DNA from: Camelus ferus
Taxonomy: Eukaryota
Direction: 5' to 3'
NCBI RefSeq assembly: GCF_009834535.1
Contig: NC_045696.1
Span: 6,698,001-6,762,000 of the forward strand
Length of the DNA stretch: 64,000 nt
Made by a program: the position numbers and the translations under genes. The notes beneath the pieces were generated by a model, which saw only the letters and a program-made list of their open reading frames with translations, did no database searches and was not told where the DNA came from. This document shows positions 26,867 to 40,200 of this stretch, in pieces. Within the stretch, counting starts at the first letter, position 1. Each line of letters begins with the position of its first letter.

Positions 26867-27039
26867 TTACCAATTAACTTTGGATAGTCTATTTCTCATC
26901 CCTGGGGACTCACTAAGTAAATTAATATATCAAATGCTTTTTGACGTCTTACACTTGGGAAACCGATTCACTTTTGCTTAACATATGACTCCTAAACATA
27001 TTTGACCATGGGACATCTTTTCTGAATAGAACACTATCT

Positions 27040-27350
27040 GAGCTTGCGTTTACCTTGTATTCTAGTGCAAGAAGTTCATTTGGAAAATGATCCAAGGAAA
27101 CATCAATAAAAGAGTGGGAAGTGACACAGGGAAGGGACACAGGCCAATAAAGTGTCATCATCAAGCAGGCCACCACCAGGGATCTTGTCAGGAACTGAGA
27201 GCCACTGTAGAGCAGGAACCCCTCCTCGGCCATGTCTGACCTGCAGCAAACAGAGGTGGAGGGCACGGGGCAAGAAAAGCCCTATGGAAAAAAGATGCAG
27301 ATGGAATTCAGACTACAAACAATGCAAAGACCCAGGGGGCTAAGGACAGG
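27040..27350. mobile_element. Ancient ERVL/MaLR LTR fragment (LTR33-like)
   Basis: GCAAGAAGTTCATTTGGAAAATGATCCAAGGAAAC...GTGGGAAGTGACACAGGGAAGGGA..GCCAATAAAG. Confidence 0.5.
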
Positions 27351-27384
27351 GCACCAACGTCTGCTACAAACACATTTTCTTATT

Positions 27385-27735
27385 TCTCTTTTTTAAATTC
27401 GTATTAAATAATGGCTGCATTTCCCTGTGCTGTACAATATAACCTCGTAGCTTGCTTTATACATGGTAGTTTGTACCTCTTAATCCCATATCCTTACTTT
27501 ACCCTCCCACTTCCCTCTCCCCGCTGGAACCACTAGTTTGTTCTCTCTATCTGTGAGTCTATTTCTGTTTTGTTATATACATTTATTTGTGAGTTGTTTT
27601 TTTAGATTCCACATATAAGTGATCTGTCTTTCTCTGTCTGATTTATTTCACTAAACATAATACCCTCCAGGTCCATCCACATTGTTGCAAATGGCAAAAT
27701 TTTGTTCTTCGTTCTACAGCTGAGTAATATTCGAT

Positions 27736-27770
<35 letters not shown>

Positions 27771-27880
27771 CATTTCTTCTTTATCCATTCATCTGTTGAT
27801 GGACACTTAGACTGCATCCATATTTTGGCTATTGTAAATAATGCTGCTATGAACATCGAGGTACATGTATCTTTTAGAGT
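27385..27880 (-). mobile_element. L1 3' end with an internal (CA)n microsatellite (about 27738-27766)
   Basis: ATTTCCCTGTGCTGTACAATA...TTAGATTCCACATATAAGTGAT...TTTATCCATTCATCTGTTGATGGACACTTAG. Confidence 0.85.
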
Positions 27881-29352
27881 TGCTAGGTGACCACGGCATT
27901 GGACCAGAGAGGAGGGTGGATGGATGAGAGAAATGCTTAGCAGAAATTAATCGTCTTACCAATGGGTCCATTGGCTCTATCCCATTATCCAGTCCCTCAA
28001 AAGCTATGGCTAGGTCAGTGGGCCCAGACCAGCTAGAAACCTGACTGGCTCCTCCCTCAGGCTGCAGAGTTTAGATGGGTAGTGCCCATATTCCTCTGTC
28101 GACTTTTCATTTCTTAAAAGGATGACTCGCCCCACTTCTTCTACTCAACACATTCTTTCCTGAAACATGCTCATATCTTCAACAAAATTAATGTTACCAA
28201 CTCCGGTAACTGAAAACCATTGTCTCTTTAAAATGATTTTATCTCTCTGCCTTGATCTGTTTATAGCTTACTTCATCAATTATAAGTCTTTGTTTGAGAG
28301 AGGAGAGGATGAAATTCTACAGATCTTTTTAACAGCAGGAACCAGAAGAATCTGTTGCCCTCATGACCCCATTCTAAGGAATTAGAACTATCTGCACCTT
28401 TACCCATGCAGGAGAAGAAAACAGAAGTCAAAATAAAAAACATTTGAAAAGCTTGAAGAGCTTCACATGCCACATAATTGATGAATTGCTATGCCAAAGT
28501 TTAGGACAGAATTAGTGCCATTAATAAATAAAGATACAACGACAGGGGCAGGCCTGTAATTTTCTCGGTCCTACTCCATATATCTTTCAAATCACCTACA
28601 CCTTGTCTTCAAAGCAATTTATGATGCTAAAGGATTAAGCATTATTCCTGCCACTGGGCATAGACAATTGCAAATAAGCTGGGGAAGGGAGAGCTTGAAC
28701 AGGAGAATGTTCTTGTATTATCCTCTCAAAACTTTGCATAGAAGTGCAAAGATTACATCTTGAGTAGTTTCCAGGGCTGTGATTTCCTTAAGCCAGCCAT
28801 CCAAGTGGTATAATTTACAGCAGAAGGATTGAGGCCATCATAGCTGAAATTTCTTACTCGAAATATACTTTCATATGTATTGTCATTTTGATTTAAAATG
28901 ACACTTTTCTATACTTAGGTTTCAGCCAGTAGGTTCCTTTTGTATGACGATTAGTTTTTTGTATGGCGTGCGAATGGGGTGGGAAGTGTAGCTTACATCC
29001 TCAGCTAACTCTTCATACTAGTTTTAAGTCTTGATTGTGGTAACTGCATACTCTTTAAAGCATAATGAGAAGCCTGTTTCACTTTGAATTAAAGTCATTG
29101 GTGATGACTACAAGTAATTGGTTGTAGGTCAACATCATAGGAAACAGAGTTTTCGGTGCTTTTCCATTTCACGCTTTTTCAGGCTTTGTAGCCTCAGTTC
29201 ATTAACAGTTTCATGCAGCGAGAAAGCCAGTGACATGACCCTGCAAATATCTGTCGCTGCTGTTGACACGAAGCTCTTAGAGAACTTTTTGAATACAAGA
29301 GAGGAAATGAAGGCCATGACCTCTGCTCAGAGCTTTGTGACACTGGACAGTA

Positions 29353-29656
29353 CAGTTGTCCTCTGTAACTGTGGGGGATTGGTTCCTGGATCCCCCAGAT
29401 ACCAAAATCCAAGGATGCTCAAGTCCCATATATAAAATGGCATAATATTTGCATCTAATCTATGCACATCCTCTGGTATACTTTAAATCATCTCTAGATT
29501 ACTTATAATACCTAACACAATGTAAATAGTTAGTGGTACACAACAAAACCAAGTTTTGTTTTTTGGGACTTTCTGGAATCTTTTTTCTTGAACATTGTTG
29601 ATTCAAGTTTGGTTGAATTCACAGATGGGAAACCAGTAGATATGAAGGGTTAACTG
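29353..29656. mobile_element. MER2 (TcMar-Tigger) non-autonomous DNA transposon
   Basis: Terminal inverted repeats CAGTTGTCCTCTGTA... / ...TATGAAGGGTTAACTG flanked by TA on both sides (29351-52, 29657-58); internal GATACCAAAATCCAAGGATGCTCAAGTCCC. Confidence 0.9.
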
Positions 29657-32600
29657 TACTATGACTGAGATTACAACCGGAAACCTAAGATGCCTGGCTC
29701 CTAACCTGCCAGGCACCTTTCTTCCAATGGGCCCCCCAAAGAAGCTCTTCACCCAAGAACAATGGTGGGTGAAAGTCAGAGCATCATGTCGTTAACAGCT
29801 GCTCAAGCTATTCCCGATCACCAGGGTGAAGGCACTGTTGGAGACTTGGGGGCTCTATGTCTGCAGATCCTGGGCTGGGTCCAGGGTGCAAAATTACCCC
29901 CAGGGCCTTGTCCATCGCTTTCTTCTAGGTCAGCTCATTCTCAGCCAGACTTTCTGCTATGGGAGCCCAGTAGATTCAAGGGTATATCTCACCTGCTTAG
30001 CAACCATAAAAGAGAGAATTCTTTCTTCACAGGTCCAGTGAATGACCCGGGATTAACTCTGATCTGGTCTGACTTGGATCACGTACCCCATCTCAAACCT
30101 TTCACTGGACAGGAGTGTAAAATATGCTAACAAACAGGCCTGGCCTCATTCATGCATCCAAACCAGGGTCAAGCCACACTTAGAGACACAAGGACCAAGA
30201 GTGGAGAAAGGACAGTTTCCCAGAAAAAAAAAAAAAAAATGGTGTAGTACCAGCAAAAGAATGAGGGAAAAAAGGACAGGAAAAAAGCAGGCGGTATCCT
30301 CTCGACCCCAAAATCCAAATGAGACATACATGCATGAGAGACAGCGAAACAGAGAGGAGACAGAGAGAGAGACAGAGAGGCACAGTGAGCACTCGGTAAA
30401 TAGCTGTGGAAGGAATGATGGTCTTCCTTGGCTCTGGCGCTCCGCCTGCACCACTGCACTCGTTACGTTATGTACAGTCCACTGGGCCCATGGCTGTTCC
30501 CTTCTCTTAACCTTGACCATCCTGTAGATGTGATGTATTTTTATCTCCTCTAAGAATTTTGCATGGAAATGGACCTTGTAGGCATCTGAGAAGGGTTGTG
30601 GAATGAATTGTCAAGAAAGAGATGTAGGGTCTGCATGAAATACCCTTCAAGACATTTGCCTTAAAACGTAGAAGGAGACCCCAGCAGAAGTCAGCAAACC
30701 TGGGCTCTCTCTCAGAGTAGAAACTGATAAACATCTTAGCACAGGGTGACGCTAGCCACGCTGTATTATACAAGTGTTTTCCTGATGCAACTACACCCTC
30801 TGAGCAAAGTGTTATCTTGTGAGGGAGACAATGTGTCTCAGTGGAAGGAATTCAGGTTCGGGCATCAGATGGCCTCAGATCACATCTTTGCCCAACAGGC
30901 CTTGGGAAAGTCACTTCACTTGTGTCACCTTCTGCTTTGTCACCCGTAAAGATTAGCAGACTGGATGCAAAGTGCCTGGAATACGATAGCCACCCAATAA
31001 CTCTTGTTCCTCCCTGGTCTTGGGAAGGACCCTGCTGTGACCTACCCATTCAGCCTGCCGAAGGACCCGAGATGGTGCTGGGAGACCCTGGCACTCAACT
31101 GTGATGTGCCACTATTGAAGGAAGCAGGACATGGACCATTATGCTGGGAAGACTTGGTTTCCTGGATTAATCTTCTCAATCTTCCCCCTACTCTTTGGTT
31201 TTACGTTTCTCGTGGAATCAGACTAGATGGGTAACCTAACTCTTAGCTGCCCAACTTGGAGGGCAGAGGATACAGAAAGATACAATCCTGGGGCCAGGGG
31301 CCTTTCGGTCTAAGGGACACCCTAAGTCATCAGTATATAAATGCTCTCAGTGTTCTCTGTTACTTTCCCCTCTCTGCTTATGCTCCAGAAAGACCCTCTG
31401 CCATCCTACCTGAAAAGATTCCATCATGTTTCCAGGATGGATTTCTCTCCTCTGCACCAGTCTTCTCATATGTCTTGAAGAGTGAGGTAGCTATATTCTT
31501 AAAGTAAACCAGGCAACTTAATGAGGAAAGAAGAATCTGACAGCCTGTCTCTTCTATGGGCAAAAAACCAAAATAAAACAATAAAACCAGTCAGTGGACT
31601 AAATGGGTTGGACACTTCATCTCACAAAGCAAAACACGTTATTTCATTATTCATGGCTCATATGACAGCGCTAATCCCACCGAGGCGTCTCGTTCTCTGT
31701 GACAGCTTCCTGGGGGCATCACCCCCCACCCCACAACTCTGTCTGCTCTATTCGTTCAAACTCATCATCGTGGCTATTTTTCCCTCCTATTACCTTTGTG
31801 CAATTTCACTCCCTTAGTTTCTGAAGCCTAATTTTATTTTTTCCAATTTGTTTTGTGTTCCTTCTATATGAGTCATATTGCTGATTATAATTAATAGGAA
31901 ATTAGGTTTTGTTTTTCAAGTACTTGCTGGCTGACACTTCTGGTGATGTCCAGAATTTAGGTAGAAAAGTATTCATTATGTTTTCATGTGTGGAAGCACT
32001 GCCCTAGGTGTGTGGAGAGAGAACACACTGAAAATGGAAGCAGGAGATCAACAGCCCTGATGGCCACAGGAAGCCCGGATCACAGGAATGTGATCGAGGC
32101 ACAGATGTGTGTGTCTGAGAGTGGCTGGCCAACCTTCCGAAAGGCAATCACCCTCAGCTGTTGTCCCTTCCCACATTTATTGGTCTTGGCTAGATGGGGG
32201 ACTATATTGGAATGGGCAGGGCGTGTGGCTCTAATGCCAGTCACTTTCTGCAAAAGCAAATCAAAGTACAATTTGGGAGGTCGGGTTGGACAGAAGGAGG
32301 TTGCTTCACTCCCTTAGACAGAGCCCAAGGGTGTTATGGAGACCAGAACATGGGCCCGGGCCCACCGCAAGTTTTCTCAGAGGTTCCAGGCTAGGTCTAA
32401 CTCTCACGAAGCTCACCAGAAAAATCTCCGTGACTTTGCTCTAAGAGGCGAGGTCACTGCAGGCATTCAGCTAGTGTCACCCGCTGCCGGTGAAGCCCCC
32501 TCTCCCTGTCTGCCATCTGACTGGTGCCTGGTTGCACAGCATAAGCCCAAATCAAGCATGTGCTAAGAATGCCCAATGATCCTCAGCAGATTGGACCCTT

Positions 32601-33509
32601 TCAGAGCCTATAACCATGAAAGGTGAGGTCTTTTTCATCACCAGTATCTCCTCTTCTGCATTTTCAGAATGTGCATAAAGTCATAAGTTCAGCATGAAGT
32701 GCAAAGAAACCTAAATCTTAGGTTCTACGGGCATATACATTAAAAGGACCACCATTTTTGTATAAAGCATGCAAATTTTCCTGTACTATCCATTAATAGG
32801 AGCTACCCCTGACCTAGAAAGAGCTGGTGATAAACATCAGTCATTATTAGGAGAAGCAGGATGCAGAAGGACTTCCTCTTTGGGGACAACATAGGCTGGA
32901 CCGTAGATCCCACCAAAACACAGACTTTTCCTATGAAAAGTGCTATAGCTCATGACGAGCGCTTTGGGGAAAACCAAACTCGTTTCCAAGAAGCAGTAGT
33001 TTGAACGTAGGTCCAGAACTTGACCTGAAACATAAGTGTGATCCATGTAGGCGGGAGGCCAGTGGCTTCTCAGGGGACAGGCATGGCTCCTGCCCCGTGG
33101 GATGTTTGAAGGTTAAAATCTCCACGTGCAGGGACGCAGCATGTATTTCTCCACAGTGGAGCTCGGCGAGCTCGTGAGCCCTCGTTTCTCCTGCGGGCGG
33201 GGCGGCACTTTAGTCCCGACTCTTCCGGGCAGCTTAGTCACTTCTGCTTTAAAACTTCCAGGCAAATGCTCAGGCAACTCGAAGTTCTGGTACTCAATCA
33301 ATAGTTGAGTACCATCAAACCCATCTGGATCCGAGTATGCACTATTTTCGAAGAGACTTACTCCACATTAAGAAAAGCCCTTGCACACCTGCACACACCC
33401 CAGCAGGAAAGGAAGGATGCCCTGGTGCTGTGGTGGGGGCTGGGAGGGGCTCCTCTGTGGACCATCACACACTGGGGGAGGGGGACAGAAGGAACAGAAA
33501 GAGGATCGC

Positions 33510-33945
33510 TGGGCCACAATCAAGTTGTCAGCAGGGCTGCGTTCCCTCCAGAGGCCCTAGGGGAGAGTCTGTTCCTTGCTTCTTCCAGCCTTGGGGCTGC
33601 CAACATTCCTTGACTTGTGGCTGCAGCACTCCAGTCTTCAAAGCCAGCATCTTCAAATCTCTCTCTGCTCTTTCCTGTCACCTTCTCCTCTGTGTGTTTT
33701 CAAATCTCCCCCCACTTCCCTTCTATGAAGAAGACATGTGATTACACTTAGGACCCACCTGGATAGTCCAGGATAATCTGCCCTTCTCAATATCCTTAAC
33801 TTAATTGCATCTGCAAAGACCTTTTTTCTTTTTCTTTCTTTTCTTTTTCTTTTTCTTCTTTTTTTTTTCTTTTATGGCCATACCAGGTAACATTTGCTGA
33901 GATTAGGATACCTTTTTGGGGGAGCCATCTTTCATCCTCCCACTG
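33510..33945 (-). mobile_element. MLT1C/D-type MaLR LTR (partial)
   Basis: CAAGTTGTCAGCAGGGCTGCGTTCCCTCCAGAGGCCCTAGGGGAGAG...TCCTTAACTTAATTGCATCTGCAAAGACC. Confidence 0.8.
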
Positions 33946-34712
33946 AGGTCCTACTCTGAAGTCAAACCTGTGTCCCCATCAAAGTTTTCCAGGAGGCATG
34001 CATTTGAGTGAGTATCAAACACTTTACAACAATGGATATAATACTTTGGCGTCTGCATGGAAAGTACTCTTTGCGTCTGTACTGCACTGAACAGAATCCT
34101 AGAGGGAGGAAAGAGCTTGGGCCTAGACGTCTTTCAGTCAGTTTCCTTCACTGAACCGCAGAAGGTTCTACCTATTAGAAATGGCCATTGGCTGTAAATG
34201 AAATTAATTCTAAGAACTTCCAGATCATTGGTATTAAGGTTTGTATCGTAAGAGCTGACAACTCAAAGACCGTTTCTAGGATTGTTTTCAAACTTTCACT
34301 CAACTGACCTAAAAATGAATTTTTCTGGAACAGAGCCCCTCTGTATTTTGAGGGCTGCGTTTACTCCAGAAGCGAACCTGCCCTAGTTAGGGCAGAAAGT
34401 AATTCTGACAACATTTACTGTAAAGAGCAAGGTAACAGCTATCAAGGAGCCAAGTCAAACTTAAAGCAAGAACAGCCTTTCATGAGCTCCGAGAAAGCCA
34501 GGTTACGGACTCAGATTGCCAGCTGTCAAGCCTTTGTTAGTGACACCCTCACTGCCAACTTGTCCGTGAAGTCATTGTTCTATCCCATTGACTTTCTGAC
34601 TTCTGAGCCACGCTTCTGAGCGTCTCTTTTGGAATTAATAGGACAAACACTTGTAGCATCTTCTTTCCTCAGACCCCTTCATCAAAGAACCCCCAGTTGA
34701 CCAGTTGCTTTT

Positions 34713-35800
34713 ACTTTTTTGCAATTCATCTTTTCTTTTCAGTTAAAAAATGCATAACAAAATTTACCATCTTGGTCATTTTTAAGTGTACAATTCAATA
34801 GTGTTGTGCATTCACATTGTTGTGCAATCATTCTCCAGAATTTTTTCATCTTGCAAAACTGAAAGTCTGTACCCATAAAACAGCAACTGCCCATTCTCAC
34901 CCTCCTTCCCCTCAGCCTCTGGCACCAATCATTCTACTTTCTGTCTTCATAAATTTTACTATTCTAGATGCCTCATCTAGCTGGAATCATGTAGTTTTTG
35001 TCTTTTTGTGTCTGGCTGTTTTCACTTAGTATAACATCCTCAAGGTTCATCCATGTTGTAGCAAGTGTCAGAATGCCCTTCTCTTTAAGGGTCAGTGATA
35101 TTCCACTGCACGCTTTTTGTCCATTCATCTGTCATGAACACTTGAGATGCTCCCATCTCTTGACCACTGTAAATAATGCTGCTGTGAACATGGGTGTATA
35201 CGTACCAGTCTGCGTGTCTGCTTTCAATTTGTTTTTATCATATATTGAAAAGCGGGACTACTGGATCATATGGAAATTCCATGTTTAATTTTTTGAGGAA
35301 CTGCCAGACTATCTTCCCCAGAGCCGCACCATTTCACATTCCCACTAGCAATATACAAGGATCCCCCATTATTTCTCCACATCATCACCAACTTTTATTT
35401 TCAAACATTTGGAGTTTTTTGATAGTAGCCATCCCAATGGATATGAGGTGCTATCTCATTGTGGTTTGACTTGCTTTTCCCTAATGATCAGTGACATTGA
35501 GCATCTTTTCATGTGGTCATTGGCCATTGGTATATCATCTTTGGAGAAATGTCTATTCAAGTTTTTGCTCATTTTTAATTGGGTTATCAGAGTTTTTTGT
35601 TATTGAGTCATAGGAGTTCCTTAAATATTTTGACTATTAACTCCCTATTGGATACATGATTTATACATATTTTCTCCCACCTTGTAAGTTGCCCTTTCAC
35701 TCTGTGGATTGTGTCCTTTTACACATGAAAGTTTTTTTTTTTTTTGACATGGTCTAATTTGTCTGGTTTTACTTTTGTTCCCTGTGATTCTGGTGTTACT
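34713..35800 (-). mobile_element. L1M 3' end (5'-truncated)
   Basis: ATAACAAAATTTACCATC..CATTTTTAAGTGTACAATTCA...TTTTTGAGGAACTGCCAGACT...GAGAAATGTCTATTCAAG. Confidence 0.88.
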
Positions 35801-35814
35801 GGGCCAGTGTTTTT

Positions 35815-37055
35815 GTTTGTTTAAGACATTTTTTAAAGTAGTTTCAGCAATTCTGTTCTCACAGCAAAATTCAAAGCAAGGGATGGAGACTCCCTACATA
35901 CCCCCTGCCCTTGCACAGGCATAGCCACCCTCATCATCGGCATCCTCCACCAGAGGGGTACACTAGTTACAACTGATGAGCCTGGATTAACACATTGTAA
36001 TCATCCAAAGTCCATAGCTTACTTTAGATGTTGTATGTTCTATGGATTTTAATAAAATTAATAATGACATGTATCCATAATTGTAGTGTCATCTATAATA
36101 GTTTCACTGCCCTAAAAATTTTCTGTGCTCCATCTATTCACCCCTCCCCACCCTTTGAATCATTGACAACTGTTGATTTTTTTACTGTCTCCACAGATTT
36201 GCCCTTTCCAGAATGTCATATAGTTGAAATCATAAAGTATATAGCCTTTTTAGGTTGACTTATTTCACTTAGTAATATGTATTTAAGATTCTTCCATGTC
36301 TTTTTATGGTTTGATATATCTTTTTTATTGCTGTATAATATTTTATTGTCTGGATATACCACATTTTACTAATCCATTCATCTACCGAAGGACTTCTTGA
36401 TCGCTTCCAAGTTTTGGCAACCATGAATAAAACTGCTATAAACACCATATGCAGGTTTTTGCATGGACATAAGTCTTCAACTCCTTTAGGTAAATACCAA
36501 GGAGTGTGATTGCTGGATTGAGTGGTAGCGGTATGTTTAGTTTTGTGAGAAACCACCAAAGTGTCTTCCAAAGTGACTGCACCATCTTGTATTCCCACCA
36601 GCAATGAATGAGAGTGCCTGTTGCTTCACATCCTCACCAGCATTCGGTGTCAGGTGTCAGTGTTCAGATTTTGGCCATTCTAATAGGTGTGTAGTGGTAT
36701 CCTGTCATACTAATTTGAATTCCCCTGATGACATATGATGCAGAGCATCTTTTCATATGCTCATTTGCCATTTGTGTATATTCTTTGATGATTAAGTCAT
36801 TGGCCCACTTTTTAATTGGGTTGTTTGGTTTCTTGTCATTGAGTTTTGACTTCTTCATATATATTGGATAACAGTCCTTTATCAAATGTGTCTTTTGCAA
36901 ATATTTTCTCCCAACCTCTGGCTTGTCTTCCTATTCCCATGACATTGTCTTTTGCAAGGCAGAAATTTTTTTATTTCAATGAAATCTAGCTTATGAATGA
37001 TTTATTTCATGGATTGTGCCTTTGATGCTATATCTAAAAACCTTCACCATATACA
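35815..37055 (-). mobile_element. Second L1M (L1MB/MC-like) 3' end
   Basis: ORFs 36269-36604 and 36664-36900 give AVLFMVAKTWK..SPSVDEWISKMWYI and NNPIKKWANDL..QMANEHMKRCS, the L1 ORF2 C-terminus. Confidence 0.88.
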
Positions 37056-37058
37056 GGC

Positions 37059-37225
37059 CAGTGCTTTTCACAGTTTATTTTGCATACAACTCATGCATGG
37101 ACCTTGCAAAATGCATATTCCGGCTGAGCAGATCATAGATGGGAACCAAGATTCAGCCTTTCTAACAGGCCCCTGAGTGATGCCGATGCTGCCAGGTCAC
37201 AGGGACCACCTTTACTACCCAGGTT
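37059..37225. mobile_element. MER5A (hAT-Charlie)
   Basis: CAGTGCTTTTCACA...TTTCTAACAGGCCCCTGAGTGATGCCGATGCTGCC..AGGGACCACCTTT. Confidence 0.7.
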
Positions 37226-40200
37226 CTAAGAAGTAGACAAGTCCTATCAATACAATTAGTCATAAGGTATTAAGTACTTGCCATTCTCCAGGTGCTGTGC
37301 TGATTAAGCACTTAACAAAATACAAATTTTAATTTACTTCTCACAACTCTATAAAGTAGATATTTTATTTAGCCAAGATATTTTTAGCTTTTATTTTCAG
37401 TAATGGAAACCCAACCAAAACTAATACCAATTTAAAAAAAAAGAATTAAAAAAAAAGACATAATAGGGAAGTGTAGGGGTGAAGGTGGCCTTGGAGATGA
37501 CAAGGGTCTCCTACAGCATCATGATCCTGGTACCACCCCCTCTTTTTTCTCTCTCTCTCCCCCTCTCACCTACATTTGGCTGTTTTTGGTTTATTCTTTC
37601 CTACACTGGGCAGGATTTCCCCTTTGTGATAGGAAACACAGCTGCCCACAGATCCCTTTAGTTCTTGATTCAAGAAGAAAGGCTGAGTCTGTCTCTCTCA
37701 CTACAAGTGATACCCCAGAGGACTTGGCCCACCTGAGTCACATTCCCAGCCTGAGGCTGGTCACAGTGGTTAGCAGCCCAGGGCACTGTCCTTGGCCAAA
37801 TCTGAGTTACTTATAACCACCTGTGTAGCCAGAGAGGTGTCTCTGGTGATTGGCAGCTTCTCCAGTGCCAGATGGTGTAGGACCACTCCCCAAGGGAAGA
37901 GGTGCTGAGCAGACAACATGACGAAAACCAACACCAGTTATCATCATCTCTACATTTTCTATGAGAAAACTCAGGTCAGCAGATTCAGCAACCTGCCCAA
38001 GTACACATCTAGGAAGAGGACGAGCCAGGTCTTCCCAGACAAGGGTGACAAGTGCTGTTCAGATGCACATCAGTGGCTCTGGCAGACCCTACCTCTCACT
38101 CACAATGGCAGCATCAGCCAATAACTGCTGGGCGAATTTGACTCTGATTCTGTCGGAAGAAAGTTCTTCTCCTGCAATCAAGGGGGCCTCACAATCACAC
38201 CACATATTTCACTGAACAAAATTTTCTTGGCCTCCTGCAATTGGTGATGAAGATAGAAAATTTCTCTCCTAACACAGGATTCCCAATGAAGAAATGACTC
38301 AGCACTGGGGCTACCTGTGTTGAAGAAGGACGCATCATCAGACAGAGATGCAGAGACATGTGAAGCAAGGGAGCCAGGCCAGTAAAGAAGACATGGATCT
38401 AGACTCGTGGATCTCAGGAAGAGAGGAAAGGGGTCAAAGGGGTAGGAGAGAAAGAAGGGGGCTGAGCTTACAATACTAAGATTGCAGCCAGGCAGGTTTG
38501 AAACAGCACCTGAAATGTGGAAGATAAGTGTGGGATCATCACTGTCTTGACTGACTAGCTCTTCCCAAGCTATCTCCAACAGACTCCTAAGATACCAGCT
38601 CCAAGCTCCCCTCCTCATGGGGAACCTCCTTGATCGTCTTAATTACTTCAGCCCCACCGCCCATTTTAGCCTCTCATCATATACTGCTTGCTTCTTTCCC
38701 ACAATTATCACAGTTTGTAACAACATCTAGAGTGACCCTTCATGAAGGACGGTCTCTTCCCCTGAACTATAGGTTCCGTGAGAGCAGTTTTGCTCCCCAT
38801 TAAATCCTAAGTATCTCAAGTGCCTTGTACATAGTAGATGTTCAGTTAATACAGCTGGAATGGAATTGCTTTTATTTTAAAGGGACTGCTCCATGAGATC
38901 TTTGTCAGTGAACTAAACAGATAAAAAATAGTACAGAATATGGTACCCTTTTAACTAATTATATAGCAAAATAAACCAAATTATTTATAGTGGTTCTTGA
39001 TAAGTGGTGCTATAGGGGCAATTTTTTAAACATTTTCTAACTTTTCTACAGTGAAAACTTTACTATACAATGTCTAGTGTAATACAAGTGACAAAGGGAA
39101 ACAAAAGTTTGCTGTTCTAAGTCACTGTATTTAAAAATAATCAGAAGATTCTAGGCATTAATCCAACACAGTGTGACCAGCACTCCCAGTCCTCAAAGCA
39201 TCCTTTATATTCACAGAAATGGACACTTGTTTGGTGAACACAGATGGCCAAGGGCTCCTGCACCCTCATGCTTGCATTTGCATGCGTCATTTGTGTCATG
39301 TGCGTCATTTTCTAAAATGTTACTGTAATTTCAACAAAATCTAAATTGGTCCTTGAATCACTTCACCACCGGACAAAATGCCTCCTGGTTTTGCACTTCC
39401 TCAGAGGCCAGCTTCCCACTGCGACACGTTATTAAAAAGAGATCACTGTCTTCAGAAACGTCTGCCCACCTTAAACCTTAATTAAGCTTGCAAGACAAAA
39501 ACAAGGAGAGCGTTGAGAACGGAGGTAAAAATCAGTCCAGAGAAAGACGCGAAGAATGTAGTTGGAGGGGGAGGACATTTTTCATTAGAATTGGCAGGTA
39601 AGGACTGAAGTACACAAAATGGGCCGTTCGCTTATAATTCGGCAGGGCTGTCCTAGCCACACTGGAGTCTCCAACTGATTTACCATCCTTAGCAAACCTT
39701 TCACTGGGACAAATAGCACAGTCCATCTGAGGCTCTCTCTGCATGGCTTGTTTTGCTGTAATTAATATATATTTCTATGTTTCTCACCATTTTAAAAAAC
39801 TGAATTGATTTGTTGAGACATCATGTGAACACAAAGCTTAAACTGATTGACAGCAGATGAAAGAAAGATCAGAAACCTTAGAGACTGAGAAACATCTCGA
39901 GACTTGGGTAATTTCCTTCTACAATGCATTTTGAATCAATACTCTGGTTTCCCTTCCCTCATCCTCATCTTTGAATGGAAGCTTGTTTCCTGAGATCAGG
40001 ATGATTCTGAAAGGTCCCCAACTCATCTTCACCCTCCAGCTTTCCTCCATCTGGATTTCAGTAAATTCTCAGTAAAAGACTTTCTTTCAAAAATCAGATT
40101 AGCCATTCACCACGCTATAATGGGATGCATACGTGTAGGGTCCCTTCCACGCTAGCCCTTTGCATGGAGCACTCCATCCTGGAGGGTAAATTAACCCCAG

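Noticed and set aside
29135..29317. Protein-like ORF (MAFISSLVFKKFSK...) with an acceptor-like TTTGCAG
   Set aside because: No recognisable family and no partner exons; cannot be supported as an exon without a search.
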